In this document: one piece after another, positions 34,801 through 48,113 of the stretch
Position numbering within the stretch: the first letter of the stretch is position 1
How the letters are laid out: every line of letters starts with the position of its first letter
Assembly: GCF_006345805.1 (NCBI RefSeq)
Contig: NW_021836126.1
Coordinates: forward strand, 248,001 to 312,000
Direction: 5' to 3'
Source: Octopus sinensis
Lineage: Eukaryota
DNA length: 64,000 nt
Notes under the pieces: model-generated
The model's database searches: none
The model's input: the letters and a program-made list of their open reading frames with translations, nothing else
Told to the model about the DNA's origin: nothing
Program-made: the position numbers and the translations under genes

Positions 34801-34983
34801 CAAACGTGCTTTAATAAGCTGTATAATGAAAGAGAATTGTGAACAAATTCCTACGTGTTTCCAGATTGCTGCCTCATATTTGCTGTGTCGACCTTTCTGA
34901 GACGTCGAATGTTCTGTCGCAGTTACTGAACGCGCAGTGGTTGGTAATAAACAAATGCTATGCCAGGCTGAGGTAGTATCCCT

Positions 34984-36381
34984 GTGTGTATAATTACGAC
35001 GATCTTCACCCGAAGGCCGAGGACTCGAACCGGGATGCGTTCAGATATGCATTTCTTGGTGTTTTTGGTTTGTACTATTCTAATGAACTCAGTGAACATT
35101 CACCGGGAGGAATACAAGACCATAGTCCACAACATTATCCTGGCGGTCGTCCGTCACATTACTATCATTGATGTCACTAGAGATCTCGGTTTTTTGTTTT
35201 TGTTACTATCTGCAGGCATGACTCAAATGTCGGACATTCACGTTAAGAAGGAGACTACGTCCATTGTGCTGATGGATGCGTTTCTCGAGGCTCTGACTCT
35301 CGACCACTCCCTCTTTACTCCCGTGCAGTCTTGTATTTTTAATCTCATTGAAACTGCTTCGTGTGTCTGTCGTTCTAAGGAGAGGGTTTTGATTTGGCAG
35401 TATTGTAGGCTCTTAAACTGTCTTTTTTCGCCTAATTTTTTGAAAAGAGTTAAAATTCGTGTTTTGAAGACATGTTGCCTTCAAAGTTTGGAGGGTATGT
35501 CCTTGCGGAATCACATCTGCAGTTGTCGGGGAATCCTGCCTCATGCTCAACTTTATTCCTGACTTTACTATTCGCTATTCTTTGGAATGCGTCAAAGCTC
35601 TACTTTTTGTATTGGGTAATTTAAGTGAAGTGGTTGTATTTGCGGAGTTAATGTTACAGGCGTCCATCAGCGACATGTTTGGTTAGAACATTCTGCATTT
35701 TGTCATTTAGAATGCTCAGGCTGCCGCTATAAAGGATAAAAGATATTTCGATAGTTTTATGCTGGTGATGAAGACACTCATTCACGAGGCCTTCTCTGTT
35801 TACCCGAATTCCCGCAAACTGGTTATTTGCTAAGTTGACAAAAACAGAGCCAAAGTCTGCTTGCCGATATTTATTTGAAGTCGCCTGATCTTTGATAGAT
35901 GCAATTGTCGAGAATAAGGACACAATAGTGCACTGTCTTCATTCTCTCCCCACGTGGATATTTAATGAAACTTTTTACGTTCGAGTCGGCTTGATTGTTT
36001 TGAGTTTTGATTATCCTGCAGGAGGGAATTATTTTCTTTCTCCCCAGGATTTCTCATTTGTGTGCTTATGATTTTTCATTGGAAAGCCACCGCAAATGTG
36101 TCGAGTTGGTCATTACCATTTTGGAAGATCCCGAAGAACGCCTGACAGCCATGAACTCATTTAAAGAAATGAACGAATATATCGAATGTCTTTTGAGTAG
36201 TGATTACGTAACAGTTGACAGGATTCCTCTCTGCCCTAAGCAATGCCGAGTTTTGCAAGCACAGGACTTTTGGACTTCTTTGCATGTATTTGGTACACCA
36301 GGAAGTGCCGATCCGAGAATGCGCCTTTATTGCACTTCAAAGGTATATTATCAGTCATTTTTAGTATCTCGAGTTTTTTAA
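34984..36381 (+). pseudogene. Unidentified alpha-helical protein-like coding remnant
   Basis: ORFs 34984..35562 and 36007..36381 plus broken frames between them; no recognised motif. Confidence 0.35.
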
Positions 36382-37378
36382 CTACGACCATAAAGTGGTG
36401 GCAAACATGATAAACGAGCAGTATTCAAAGATGAGTAATGTTTTTACCACAGATACCGACAGCTTTGAAATTTTCACCAACCTTGCCAATCTTTTCCCTT
36501 CTTTCATAACAGAGGCGATGATTAAACACTTTATAGTTTAATTGTGATGTTTACTGCCAAGATAACTCTAGAAAAGGGGTTGGACTATATTGTTAATCAG
36601 AGGATTACGGTGTTCTACCCCTTCAAAACAGAGGTTCCTTTTTTTAACATTCAAAGAATTTTGCTCGGTGCCTTGAACAGTTCAGAATGATTGGGAAAAT
36701 ATATACTCTCAATCCTTCGGTTATTGACGTTCTAGTCCGAATAGTACTTAAATTTGAAAATTTGCTATTCATCCAGGTTAATTATGATAGGCATATTGTC
36801 CAGGAAAGTGATAACCTGAGGATTCCCCTGCGCTACATTTTTTGTAGATTTCCCGCGGAAGCAGTCAGTTACCTCCTCACTGATCTCCCCGCTCGTTCTC
36901 AGCAGCATATGAATTTCATGATGGTTGTTTGTCTTTATGTATCGACAGAAAACATTTAAACACCCAGAGTGTCTTATCTCCATTTCATTGTCCAAAAAGA
37001 TAACCAATTTGTGTTTTTGGTTATTGTTGTCCTTTAGATAGAGACTATGAATTAGGGATATCAAATATAACGACCAGGGATAGTAAAAAGGTTTAGAGGA
37101 GGTCAAACAAGTTAATATAGTAGACCATCAAGGGAGGTAGTTGTCCTGAAAAAATCAGGTCGATTGGTTGCACACAAGTGGAGATCTCGGGGGGTGTTTT
37201 GTCGGGAAATAAAGACTCATTTTTAGTTAGAAATATGTAAAGTTCAGACAGTTCAGCTTTTCAAATTTGTTAATCAACTAATTTATAATATGTTTAGGGA
37301 ATTTGTTAATGTATTCTAGAGATTTTATCAATAAACTGCATAATTCCAGGCCTCTTGTAGAAGGGCCTTATGGATAGG

Positions 37379-37975
37379 CCATTAGCATACATTGTAGTAG
37401 CCTATAAAGAAACTAAGGTCTAGGAACGTCTGACTCCAGTTTTGCATGCAAAAACGTTCATAAAACATCAAAATTGATATATAACAATATTTTTTTAATT
37501 TATTAATTTATTTATTTTCTTATTTACATTGTAAGTCTGACATCTTAAGTTACATCGTACATGGTTCCTTAGTTGAGATAGTAAAAAGGTTAGAGGAGGT
37601 TGAACAAGTTATATAGCAGACCATCAAGGGAGGCAGTTGTCCGGAAAAATCAGGTCGATTGGTTGCACACAAGTGGAGATCTCGCGTTTATTTTTGGTCA
37701 AGATAAAAACGCATTTTTAGATTTAAATAAGAACGCTATTATTTTAGAAGTGATTCATTATGTTTCTTGCCACTAAGGTAAATTTTGTTGACGTATTTGA
37801 TCAAATTGAGTAAGATACTTGCGGTTTGATATATTACAATAGGGGACTCAAATAGATCCGAAGTTGACCCTGAATGCCATCGCACGTGGTGCACCCACTA
37901 GAAACAATTAACACCCAGCAAATTTAATCGCTTTAAAACATAATAATTTATAACTAAATTAACTAAAATTTGCTC
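37379..37975. repeat. ~600-bp unclassified dispersed repeat, copy 2 (inverted relative to copy 1)
   Basis: Reverse complement of 4701-5297; a partial ~110-bp extra copy at ~37080-37190. Confidence 0.9.
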
Positions 37976-38412
37976 CTGAGTTGGGAAATCACCTCGGTTT
38001 TCTCCTCAGACCTTCCTAAAGAAATCAGGGACAGAATTCATAACTCTCTCTAGGAAGATCTGATGAGATTTCTGAATACAGAAATGAATTTAGAACGTCC
38101 AGATTAACATATAAATTTTTAATTGCTAATTATGTATTTGTGATTTGTTTAGAATTAATATGTTTTATTACATGTTCTCACTAGAAACATGTTACATCCG
38201 TCAAATTAAATTTAAATATTACACAATTAAGTTCTAATAAAATATAACTATATTAGCTAAAATTTTCTGGCGAACTCAAAAAACAAGTTCTTTTTTATGT
38301 TAGACATTTCTACGTGGAGATTGAAACCAATTTCTAGATCTCGAAGTATGAAGGTTGATCTCATATCTGATACATTTTTGAATTCAGCGTCCAAAATAAT
38401 ATAAGTTACCTT

Positions 38413-40440
38413 TTATTATTTTTTTATAAATCTATTAATAATTTAGTTTTTTTTCAGAAAATTTTTTCTGGCTCTATCCCTTCTGTTAATTTAAAGCTCT
38501 CCGCAAGGGCGATGGGGATTACGCCCGATCGCAGCTGACAATGAATTCAGATAACTGGTTGCAAAGATAATGTCACATCGCGTTATTCCGCAAATGAGCC
38601 AAGAGTTCCTACCTTTCTAATTGGTTTTGGTGTCAAATGGGCTGTGAAACTGGAATCTCGTGGTTTTCTTCATTTGTGAACTCTGGCACACGATTTTCGG
38701 CTGCGTCAATCTCGAAGCTAAGAATGTCCTACTCTATTAAAGGCATTGATGTCAAACCCAAAACTAGTTTTTAATAGTGTCAGGAGGGAACTACATTGAT
38801 CAAGATTGTCGAAAAACGCTGACCGAAACTATTTCAAATCGTTTCTCTTGAATATTCTACGATGAGCGCCTGCATTATTTTTTTTATAAATCTATTAATA
38901 ATTTAGTTTGTTTTTCAGAAAATTTTTTCTGGCTCTATCCCTTCTGTTAATTTAAAAGCTCTCCGCAAGGGCGATGGTGGATTACGCCCGATCGCAGCTG
39001 ACAATGAATTCAGATAACTGGTTGCAAAGATAATGTCACATCGCGTTATTCCGCAAATGAGCCAAGAGTTCCTACCTTTCTAATTTGGTTTTGGTGTCAA
39101 ATGGGCTTGTGAAGCTCTGGCACACGCTTTTCGGCTGCTGTCAATCTCGAAGCCTAAGAATGTCCTACTCCTCTTAAAGCTTGATGTCAAAAACTCATTT
39201 AATAGTGTCAGGAGGGACTACATGCTCAAGATTGTCGAAAAACGCTGACCCGAACTATTTCAAATCGTTTCTCTTGCATATTCTACGCTGAGCAGCCTGC
39301 TTTTTCGGGTAAAGTCATCAGGTCAGAATGTGGGATCCATGTGGCATTTTTTCGCCAATTAATTTTTAGTATTTGGACGACATCACTTTTGGAGGGTCGT
39401 TAAAAGCCATAATAAAGGATTCTCAAAGCCGCCCCCAGATTGTTGCTTTTTTGGCCCTTTCGAGGAGATTTATGTCTATGTATAACCGCTCTTGAATGAT
39501 TTTGTGATTCTGGGTTCCCCAATTTGTAACAAGGGAGTCGCGAAGGCTATCGCCTCGCAACGTGGAAAGATTTTGGGTTTCATTTAAGGTGTTTTTGCTA
39601 AAATTATTTTATACATCCCACGTCTGACTGATCTGTTCCGTACATACATGTTTTCCGCTCGAATGAGCAACTTTTGGCTTTGGTTGACGTTGTTTCTGTG
39701 TCGTTACAACTCCTTCTAATACTTTGTTCACTGAAGTTGGTCGCTCTCCGTGTTGCGCTCTCACTCCGCTTTGGGGGAATTGGGATTCGTTTTTGTGCAG
39801 ATCTTGTTTTTCCTTGCTATCTTCCCTCAAAGTATGCTTCTGGAAATTTTTTTCTCTGTTTTCAATAACACACTCGAACTCTGCGAGCTATCGGAAATCC
39901 AGCTGCTGTTCACAAATTGAAATCGCTGGACTTGACCTCCTTGAGATTCCTTTCATACAGGAGATGGGATGTCTCAGGTGTTCTCATTTAGTGGAACGTT
40001 TTTACTAGCAAGCCGACTAGATAAAGTTGGCGTCCTTGAACTGCGCCTGCCAGCTTTATTCTGAAAATTGGTTAAATGCCCTCCCACTGGCGTCTAATGG
40101 TCTGCTCTTGGAAAACGAAGCCGTCCGTATCGGCGTGTATTTGCACTGGGATTAGACATATGCCAACCACACCGTTGTCGGTGTGGTTTGATGATCTCAA
40201 AAAACAGGTACACGCGTTGTCATATAAGAGAAGTGCTGGCCGTTTTCCGCGCCATGCACTTCTCAATGATGGCATGAAGAGGGCTTTGGATTCCGCCAGA
40301 TTCCAATCTATCCTGGAACTAGTTGGACTTCAAAATGACGGGAAACATCCTGACGGGATGACTACGTTCCCTTTCAGGAGAGGTAGGTCACTCGTTTGGG
40401 CACGTGAACTGTATGGATTCTTTTTCCAAGACACTGTTGC
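38413..40440 (+). mobile_element. CRE-like non-LTR retrotransposon, degenerate (RT plus REL)
   Basis: KGDGGLRPIA..LVAK, LKLDVKNSFNSVRR, LSLRFGGIGIR, RHALLNDGMKRAL..GLQNDGKHPDGMT; ~460-bp tandem duplication at 38413-39300. Confidence 0.75.
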
Positions 40441-40999
40441 CCGTCTCGGTGTCTATTACACGCGGGAACTGCCTTTCGATCCGCAGGCTTATTTTGATTA
40501 ACATATAAATTTTGATCTTAGATTTGTGAAACGTGATGAAAATTTTGGTCCACAGCCTTGCCAAATAATTGTCGATAAATTTTCCATTTTGTAAAATTGA
40601 ATATTTGAGTCCATTCGGGAATAATTTGAGGAGATATAAATTTGACCGCCCTCACCTGGCAGAGACTCACTAATTTAAAAATATAAAAAGACAGAGAGAC
40701 ACACTAACGATTTTGTTGGCTGTCTCGTATTTATTTGAGAGCTAGATATAACATTTAAAATGAATATCCTTAACTAGGCTCATAACGACATGTGGAACAA
40801 CACAACAAATCGGACTACACATAAATTTAATCTCACTAAATTATTTCTTTAAACAAATGGCCAGTCTTTTGGTACACCACACCCAAGTTATAAGCCTCGT
40901 TAATACAAAATACGAGAATTTCACAAAGATTTCTCCAAAGATCTATTAAAGAAAATTAAACCAGTACTACCCACAGACTGGATTTTATTCGTTCCTGAA

Positions 41000-41335
41000 G
41001 ACGTTCGTCTGACGATAGTTAGGATGCGGAAGTCGGGAGCCAGAGGACCAGATTCCATATTTTCTGGGCCCCCTGGTGCTGGAGACGTTAGCCTTGATCT
41101 TCAACGCGTCGATAAACACGAATTGTATCCCTGAAATTTGAAGAGATCTCACATAATACCGATTCGGAAGGCGGAAAAGCCAGCAGAAGAGCCATTTTCT
41201 TACAGACCGATTTCTATCCTTTGCTCGATTTCAAGAGCTTTGGAAGAGATGCTTGATGATTGTATTGAGATGAAATCCCAATGTCTGCGTTTTAAGATGG
41301 GTTTAGAGAAAACAATTCAACTTCAATTTACTTGA
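41000..41335 (+). mobile_element. LINE RT fragment
   Basis: KRSHIIPIRKAEKPAEEPFSYRPISILCSISRALE. Confidence 0.65.
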
Positions 41336-41789
41336 CGACGCTTTCTGAGCTCATGAATGAAGACTCAATTTAAAAACTAGATTCAATTTATTAAACGAAG
41401 CACTTTTATGTATAACACAACTATTCATTCTTTAATAAAAGAAACACAATTTAAAATACTGGGAGGAGTTTCTTGAACAAACACAGTCATTCATGAGTAT
41501 AAAATTTTTGGTACTTTTGTCGAAGTGGTCGCAGTTTTTTTAGAAGATAATTAAAATTAATTAATTTTTTTAGTGAAAAATAGATTATTTAATTTATAAC
41601 CCTCTATCAATAATTTAAATGGTTATTAAAATTATTTAAAAATTTATTTAACCAATTTAGTCATTTTTAGTACGCGGCATCCAAATTCCAGGACTGTAGA
41701 AGGAATTTATGTCTTTTACAATCTGTGCAAAAGTGCAAAAGATTCCTTATAGTTCTGTATTTGTTTTCGCCACATAAATTCTGAAAAAA

Positions 41790-42340
41790 TAACTAACTAA
41801 AAAAACCTGCGAAATAAGATCCCAGATGATGTCTTACAGCTCCTCTTTGAGCTTTATTCTTGCATTTTGCACTTCCCCACATTCGTTCTACTGTCTGGGT
41901 GTGCACTCCCGTCGTTGGATCCACAAAGAATTTTCTGAATATATTATATTTCCTTACTTATGGTTAACGGTTTCGTGTGTGTAGCCGTTTTCAACCAATT
42001 GATCAGTTGAATACCCTAAATGTTAATCAAATAATGCTAACCTTTCCAGCAGTCACTATAAATAATGCTTCCCACCTCGACATATCGAATTACTAGACTG
42101 AGCAGTGTTTCTCTGCTCCTATCCGCGACTGGTTGCAGAATACAATTCTCTAACCAGGTATCTAGAATTATTTGAGAGAAATTATACCTTTTTTAATAGA
42201 ACATTGGACTCTACAACCAACTCTTGAGCATTTCCAATTGAGCTTCGGTCCCAAGACTAATTCCATCTGATGTCCCTTCGGACATATACGTGATTTTGAA
42301 AGGATATCCACATTTTGCAGAAAATGCACTGCATCCTCCT
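41790..42340 (-). mobile_element. Merlin (IS1016-like) transposase remnant
   Basis: VADRSRETLLSLVIRYVEVGSIIYSDCWKG..HETVNH..FVDPTTGVHTQTVERMW. Confidence 0.75.
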
Positions 42341-42666
42341 TACTTTTTTTTTAAATTTTAAAGAAAGTGAGAGTTTGTATGATTTTAGACATATTATCTA
42401 GGGATTTAAATGCAGAAAATATTTGGGAATAGCTTTGCTATTCGTGAGGGTGACCGAGCGTCTCCTAAGGCTATTAGGTAATTTATAACTTGCTTGTTTG
42501 CATTTATATACATATTTAAAAAATTTTCAGATGTTTCAGGTAAATTTTGTATAAAGTATGCTAGAAAACTTGGATGATGAATTTAATCAAATAATTTTGT
42601 ATTAGATTCTTCTCCACCTAATTTAAACTGTTTACAAAATAAAAAGCAGATAGAACTATTAATTAA

Positions 42667-43807
42667 TGTCACAGACCAGACGTGAGTCACGCCGGACGTG
42701 AGTCACTTGGTCAGATTTTGGATATTTTTTTGGATATTTTTATATTTTCTATATAATAAAATCATTCAAAAATCACAATTTCTTAATTAATATTATATAT
42801 TATAGTGTTTTATTTTTAAATTTTGCAAGTTATCAAATGTTTCTAATTACACTATCACAAGATGATTTATTGAAAATAAAAACTTTTAAACAATTTGGAT
42901 CATTTGATGACGGAATCAGTAGAAGAGAACGTTTTAGATTACGTAGAATGTTTTAGATTACGTAAAGAATTACGTAGAATTAGCGACCTAAAAACTTTTG
43001 AACATTTGAAGAATAGTGCAGTTGATTCGAAAGAAATTGAATATCCGAACTATTGGATTCATTTCTTAAAATAGATTTGAAACATGTAAATTTATTTTTG
43101 TAAGCTGAACACGGCTAACTTAAATTAAATGATACACTATTGCTCGTCCAAAAATCTATGCAGACATATGTTAGGTCTATTCAAACACACAATGAGGTTA
43201 ATCAATTGTATCTAGGGGTAGGGTAAGAATTAGGGTTAGGGTGAGGGTTAGGGTTGGCGTTAGGGTTAGTGTTAGGGTTGGCGTTAGGGTTAGGGTTGGC
43301 GTGCGGCCGAAAAAATGAAAAAAAGGAGAAGATGGAGATTTGATGAAGAGGAAATATCAGTTGGAGATTACGCACTTTTACGGATGGATCAAGATATAAA
43401 TGAAAACACGAGAAAATATCCTCTGTATGACCAGATAGATACATCTGCATACAGAGTGATAAAACAGGACGGAGGCACATTAGACTTAGAAAATGAGGAG
43501 GGGGATATTATTGAGAAAGTACAGTTTAGTCGGCTAAGGAAATTAAAAAAATAATTTTTAATATTTTAAAATTGTTTCTAAATAAAAAAAATTCAAGTTA
43601 ATCGATAAAACGTTATGTCGGGTCAAAAATGCGTTATGTTTGTTTTTTGTGGGGGAATAATATGAACTTTTATCCAACAAAAGACATAAAAAACACTAAT
43701 ATGGTATAATTGGAGTAAGGTATATCTATTTAGTTATTTTTTATTTATTTTTATAAATTTTTAAAAAGTGACTCACGTCCGGCGTGACGCACGTCTGGAC
43801 TGTGACA
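42667..43807 (+). mobile_element. Internally deleted Ginger-like transposon with both TIRs
   Basis: 40-bp TIRs TGTCACAG..GTGAGTCAC (42667-42706 / 43768-43807, 2 mismatches); 5-bp TSD ATTAA. C-terminal ORF 43315..43554 is nearly identical to ORF 48150..48386. Confidence 0.9.
43212..43301 (+). repeat. TTAGGG-type hexamer tract (15 units in register, 7 exact)
   Basis: CTAGGG GTAGGG TAAGAA TTAGGG TTAGGG TGAGGG TTAGGG TTGGCG TTAGGG TTAGTG TTAGGG TTGGCG TTAGGG TTAGGG TTGGCG. Confidence 0.9.
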
Positions 43808-44198
43808 ATTAATAATTTCATTTGGGTGTTTTATTTGTGACCTCCACTAATTCAAGAAGAGTAATTGTGTTGCTCGATTGTCATGAACAAATATGTCTGG
43901 CTTGTTATTCGATAGCATTATCAGTCGAGAAGTTTGTATCGACTCGGATTACAGTAGATCATTTATTATAATGAAAACCAATATTATTTTATATTGGTTC
44001 TATCATCGAATTTCTCTCCTCGTGCTTCGCGAGACTGCCAGTCAATACGCAGTGGGGCGTAGTTGAGCTGATCCATAGGCTCTTGAATACTCTTTCAGCC
44101 ACCTACCCTAGCTAGCATTTAATTTTTTCCAAAAAAAACTGGTATTATTATATTGTCTGCCAACCTTACTTAGTCTTTAAATACATATAAATAAAAAA

Positions 44199-44270
44199 TG
44201 CCTACGCCGGGAGTCGAACCCGGATCCCCTCGGCCACAACGAGGAATTCTAACCGCTAAACTACGTAGGC
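44199..44270 (-). tRNA. tRNA-His (GUG)
   Basis: Acceptor stem GCCTACG/CGTAGGC, anticodon arm CCTCG-TT-GTG-GC-CGAGG, T-loop GGTTCGACTCC; 72 nt. Confidence 0.95.
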
Positions 44271-44834
44271 CTTTATAAAATTTTCTTACTCGTTATAATA
44301 AATTTCTTTAATAATTAAACATTGTGAGACATTCATTTTTTCAGTATATTGTTCAGAATCCGCACTTAAATGAGTTATTAAGTTTATACGACATTTAATG
44401 ACATGTTCTAATTACTTGTAAGAACATCAGTTCCTCATAGAGAAAGTTTAGTTAACTATATTCAGAAGTATTGTACTGTCCGTGAACAGTTAATTAGTGT
44501 ACTTTAACTAATCGATCCGAGACCACTGATTCTTTTAGGAAACGAATGCTATTGTAGGGTTTCGCAATGTCCAATAACTTTTCAGACATTTAAATGCTTG
44601 AAACTCCTCAACGTATAGAGGATCGAATTTATACACGGAGTTGCAATCATTCATATCACGACTAAATCCGTACACTGAAGATACTGCTATTTAAATTTGT
44701 AGGAATTTGCGTTTCTTTTGTATCTAAGACGCTGAACTTAAATTAAAATTCATTGAAGTAGTATATTTGTCTATTTAACTTAGGCTCAACACAATCTTAA
44801 TCACTTTGGACGTGATAGATTGTACATTTTATCG

Positions 44835-45040
44835 ACGGCCAAATCATATGGCGGAAAATACAATGTCTTGGTCTTGTGGGAGCCTACAAAGATGAAAATT
44901 ATTGAAAAATGCTACCATTTAGCTTTCATCCGTGTGAAAAATGTTTTATTGGAATTTGAAAAAATTTCTCTTGATGCGACAGAAAAAGAAAACAACCAAA
45001 TAATAATGATTTTTTTGATTTATTTTAGAAAAACAATCCC
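44835..45040 (+). mobile_element. Inverted duplicate of a MULE transposase segment
   Basis: Reverse-complement match to ~46590-46800. Confidence 0.8.
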
Positions 45041-45379
45041 TTATTGACTCTGCCTTCCACCCTGGCTCAGCCTCCGCATATGCCGAAACGAAAAAAATCG
45101 CAAAGTCTTGTCAGTTAAATAATAATAATTGATCTGACTTCCCCTGTTATTTAGTCGAAGCATAACTCTACGAATCTTAGAATTTGTGAACATATTGTTC
45201 AGTAAACGCGGCTGTCTTTCAAATTATGAGCAAACTAATTCAATACAAAATGACGAAACTAATTTTGAATTTTTAGTTGGTTTTAGCCTACTCTCGCTTG
45301 AGTAAGCGCATAGTCATGAACATTTTGAGTGTAGACTCTCCACTTATATTATGCGCTCGCCTAATAAGTCCGACCAGGC

Positions 45380-45950
45380 TTAAAGCACATTCTTCTTGAT
45401 TTTGTGGTTGATTTTGTTTCTCAGTTTTCTTAATTCTGATTTCCGTTCAGGATCACAATTTTTCATTTGAAGTCTTAAATCTCTTTGAAGTATTGAAAAT
45501 TCATTGACTGTCGAGTTGTCTGCTACTTTGTAAACCTTCCTTTTATAGTAGTTTTGTGAATCACAGCAGTTCCATTGGCAACTGTTATTATATCTCCTGA
45601 AGTTCTTTTTCACATCATGTGGGGTAAGCCATCTATGGGAATATGATAAGCCAAGTGCTGGTGGTATTTCCTGATGTGTGCAAGATTATTTATTAGTTCC
45701 TCAATCCTTTCGATATATAAGAAAAAAGAAATTACTTAGCGTTTTTCTAGCCTGTGCATGATTTCCATGTAAAATTCTGTTATGTCTTCTTAGATTTAAT
45801 CTCCTGAGTAAGATCTTATGAACGTTGTTTGGCAAAGCTCTTTCATACGAACATGAATCGACTAATAATTTCTTCTGCGACTGTATGCACAAAATATAAT
45901 CAATCTGTTTATATATTTTTCGTTCCTTTCTTGTTTGTTTGTTCTTCAAT
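45380..45950 (-). mobile_element. Degenerate RTE fragment
   Basis: IYKQIDYILC..LLVDSCSY and LRKLRNKINHKIK, homologous to the RTE at 6916-9324. Confidence 0.7.
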
Positions 45951-46228
45951 CTACCCAGGTTGCTTATGTGGGGCGGCGTGCTGAAAAGCCATGCTACAAA
46001 TGGTATTACAATTGTCGAATGTTGATTATAAGATTTCCAGAAGAATTTCGATATTGCATTTGGTAATTATTAATGCAGCGTTTACGTTTGCACTTAATTC
46101 TTGCTTTTGAATTTAAGTTCCTGGCAACAAAAAATTATTACGGACAAGAAAAGCGTTGAGCGACAACTCGTCTACGAAGAAAAATATTTTAAGGGTAAAT
46201 AAAATAAAATTTTACAAACAATTACTTT

Positions 46229-47037
46229 TTATTCTGAACTTTTAAAGCAAATCAAACCATCAATTAGCTTAAAATAGCAATCTACTTCAAATTCATGAAA
46301 ATTTTCACATGCTATTCTTAGTTCAAGTTCCTTTTTGCAGTCTGTCGCAGACACTTCAAGAGACCTTCCTGACTTAATTTGTGTCATTTTCACAAAAAGT
46401 CTTTGTTCTTCCCTGGCCAAAACATTGACAAAAGCTGCCAAATTTGGGTGCGCTCTGTTAAAAGAACTGTTCAACAGCTTATGCCAACCTTCCAATGAAT
46501 TGGTCGTCCTGGGCATTGACTTTAATACCCGATGAAAACAACTCCAAAAACTGACGTCATAAGATAGGTCAGCAATAAATTGTTTTTTAAAATAAATCAA
46601 AAAATTCATTATTTGTTAATTTTTTTCTTTTCCTGTCGCATCAAGAGAAAATTTTTCAAATTCCAATAAAACATTTTTTACAGAATGAAAGCTAAATGGT
46701 AGCATTTCCTCAATAATTTTCGTTCCCACAATAAAACGTCTTTGTAGGCTCCCACAAGACCAAGACATTGTATTTTCCGCCATATGATTTGGCCGAAATA
46801 AAAATTGCAGCCAAATACATTAGACGGCGAAAAAACTGATTTTGTGAAGTTAATTAACCCCTTTTCAAAATCAATTAAAATACTTGCTGGTGAAGTAACA
46901 AGTGTCTTTATTTCTTCAAATAATGCACAGTAGGCATTTTCTGTACGACAAACTTTCAGGAATTTCCTCGCCCTGCATTCTCGATTTCTGCACCTCCAAT
47001 AGGTAAGACCGTCTTTTTTTCTATCTGTATTATACAA
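46229..47037 (-). mobile_element. Mutator (MULE) transposase remnant
   Basis: YWRCRNRECRAR, ILIDFEKG, GCNFYFGQIIWRKIQ, PRTTNSLEGWH..AHPNL. Confidence 0.8.
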
Positions 47038-47050
47038 ATAGTTAATAAAA

Positions 47051-47163
47051 AACTGAAAAATGGCGATGATCTCGACTCACTCAGGACGATCGCAACTGAC
47101 CGGAGAGCCTGGAGACGCATGACCGGGAGAATTTCAATGGTGGCACAAGGAAAGCTTAATTAA
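47051..47163 (+). mobile_element. RTE 3' terminal fragment
   Basis: KLKNGDDLDSLRTIATDRRAWRRMT versus QLKNGDDLDTLRSIAYNRTSWKIMT at 6968-7080. Confidence 0.7.
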
Positions 47164-47768
47164 CTTATGAGTCATAAGTTATGACTTTTCCGAAAGTGCT
47201 TTATAATAATAAAATACAAATAGTTCCGGTGTAGTAAAAGTTTGCCTCCTCTTTGGCTTTTAAGCAGTTCAAAGTCAGTCATAATAAGGATTAAAGTAAA
47301 AAAATTGTTGAAATTTTAATTAATTAGATTTAATCTGGTAAAAATAAAAATTTTTTATTTATTTTAAGTAGGCGAGTTGTCGCATAGCCGCAGCGTTTAC
47401 GTTTGCACTTAATTCTTGCTTTTGAATTTAAGTTCCTGGCAACAAAAAATTATTACGGACAAGAAAAGAGAGTATACTTCCGATAAAATCGTATAAAAAT
47501 CATCAAGCTCATACATACAAGTAATCTTCCCGTGTGAAGCGGATACATGTTTATGAGTCATAATTGATTTCTTATTACGTGATCCGATATTAATTTAAAT
47601 AACGAAAATTTTATCTCTTATCCTCTATACCATTTTTTTCAAATTTTTGATAAATTTGAACCCCTTGGGGTTAAAAATGGATCCCGCGTAACCCTATCGA
47701 TTTTTAAATTTTTACATATCTTTTTTTGAGATAAATGATTTAATTATAAAATATAAATTATTTTCTAA

Positions 47769-48035
47769 CTAAACAAAATCAATAAAATATTTTATGCCGA
47801 AAAAATGTAAAAGATTTAATTCTAGTGATATTTGTTGTTTCTTTTCTGCAACAAGTTTTCTAATATTCGAATCCATGTTGCTCAGAGCGATTCGCATATT
47901 ATCTCCAACTTTCAATCGATTACGAGATTTATTCTTAATTAAACAAGACATCGCAGTTTCGCATAAGTATGTTGTTGGATAAGGAATTAAATATTGCATA
48001 CTAGCCATAGTCAATAACGAATACTTTGGAATCAT
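47769..48035 (-). mobile_element. hAT (Buster/ZBED5-like) C-terminal dimerisation fragment
   Basis: LIPYPTTYLCETAMSCL..KNKSRNRLKVGDNMRIALS. Confidence 0.75.
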
Positions 48036-48113
48036 TTTACTCCATTATAATTCAATAATCATGATTAAAAAAGTAGCTGAATATAAAAAATAAAAGTAAT
48101 GTAAATTTTCTTA

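Noticed and set aside
43202-43480. ORF with (Asn-Pro)n repeats
   Set aside because: It is the antisense of the Ginger C-terminus plus the TTAGGG tract, with no independent support as a gene.
44055-44105. tRNA-like start GGGGCGTAGTTGAGCTG near the tRNA-His
   Set aside because: No B-box/T-arm or closing acceptor stem found.
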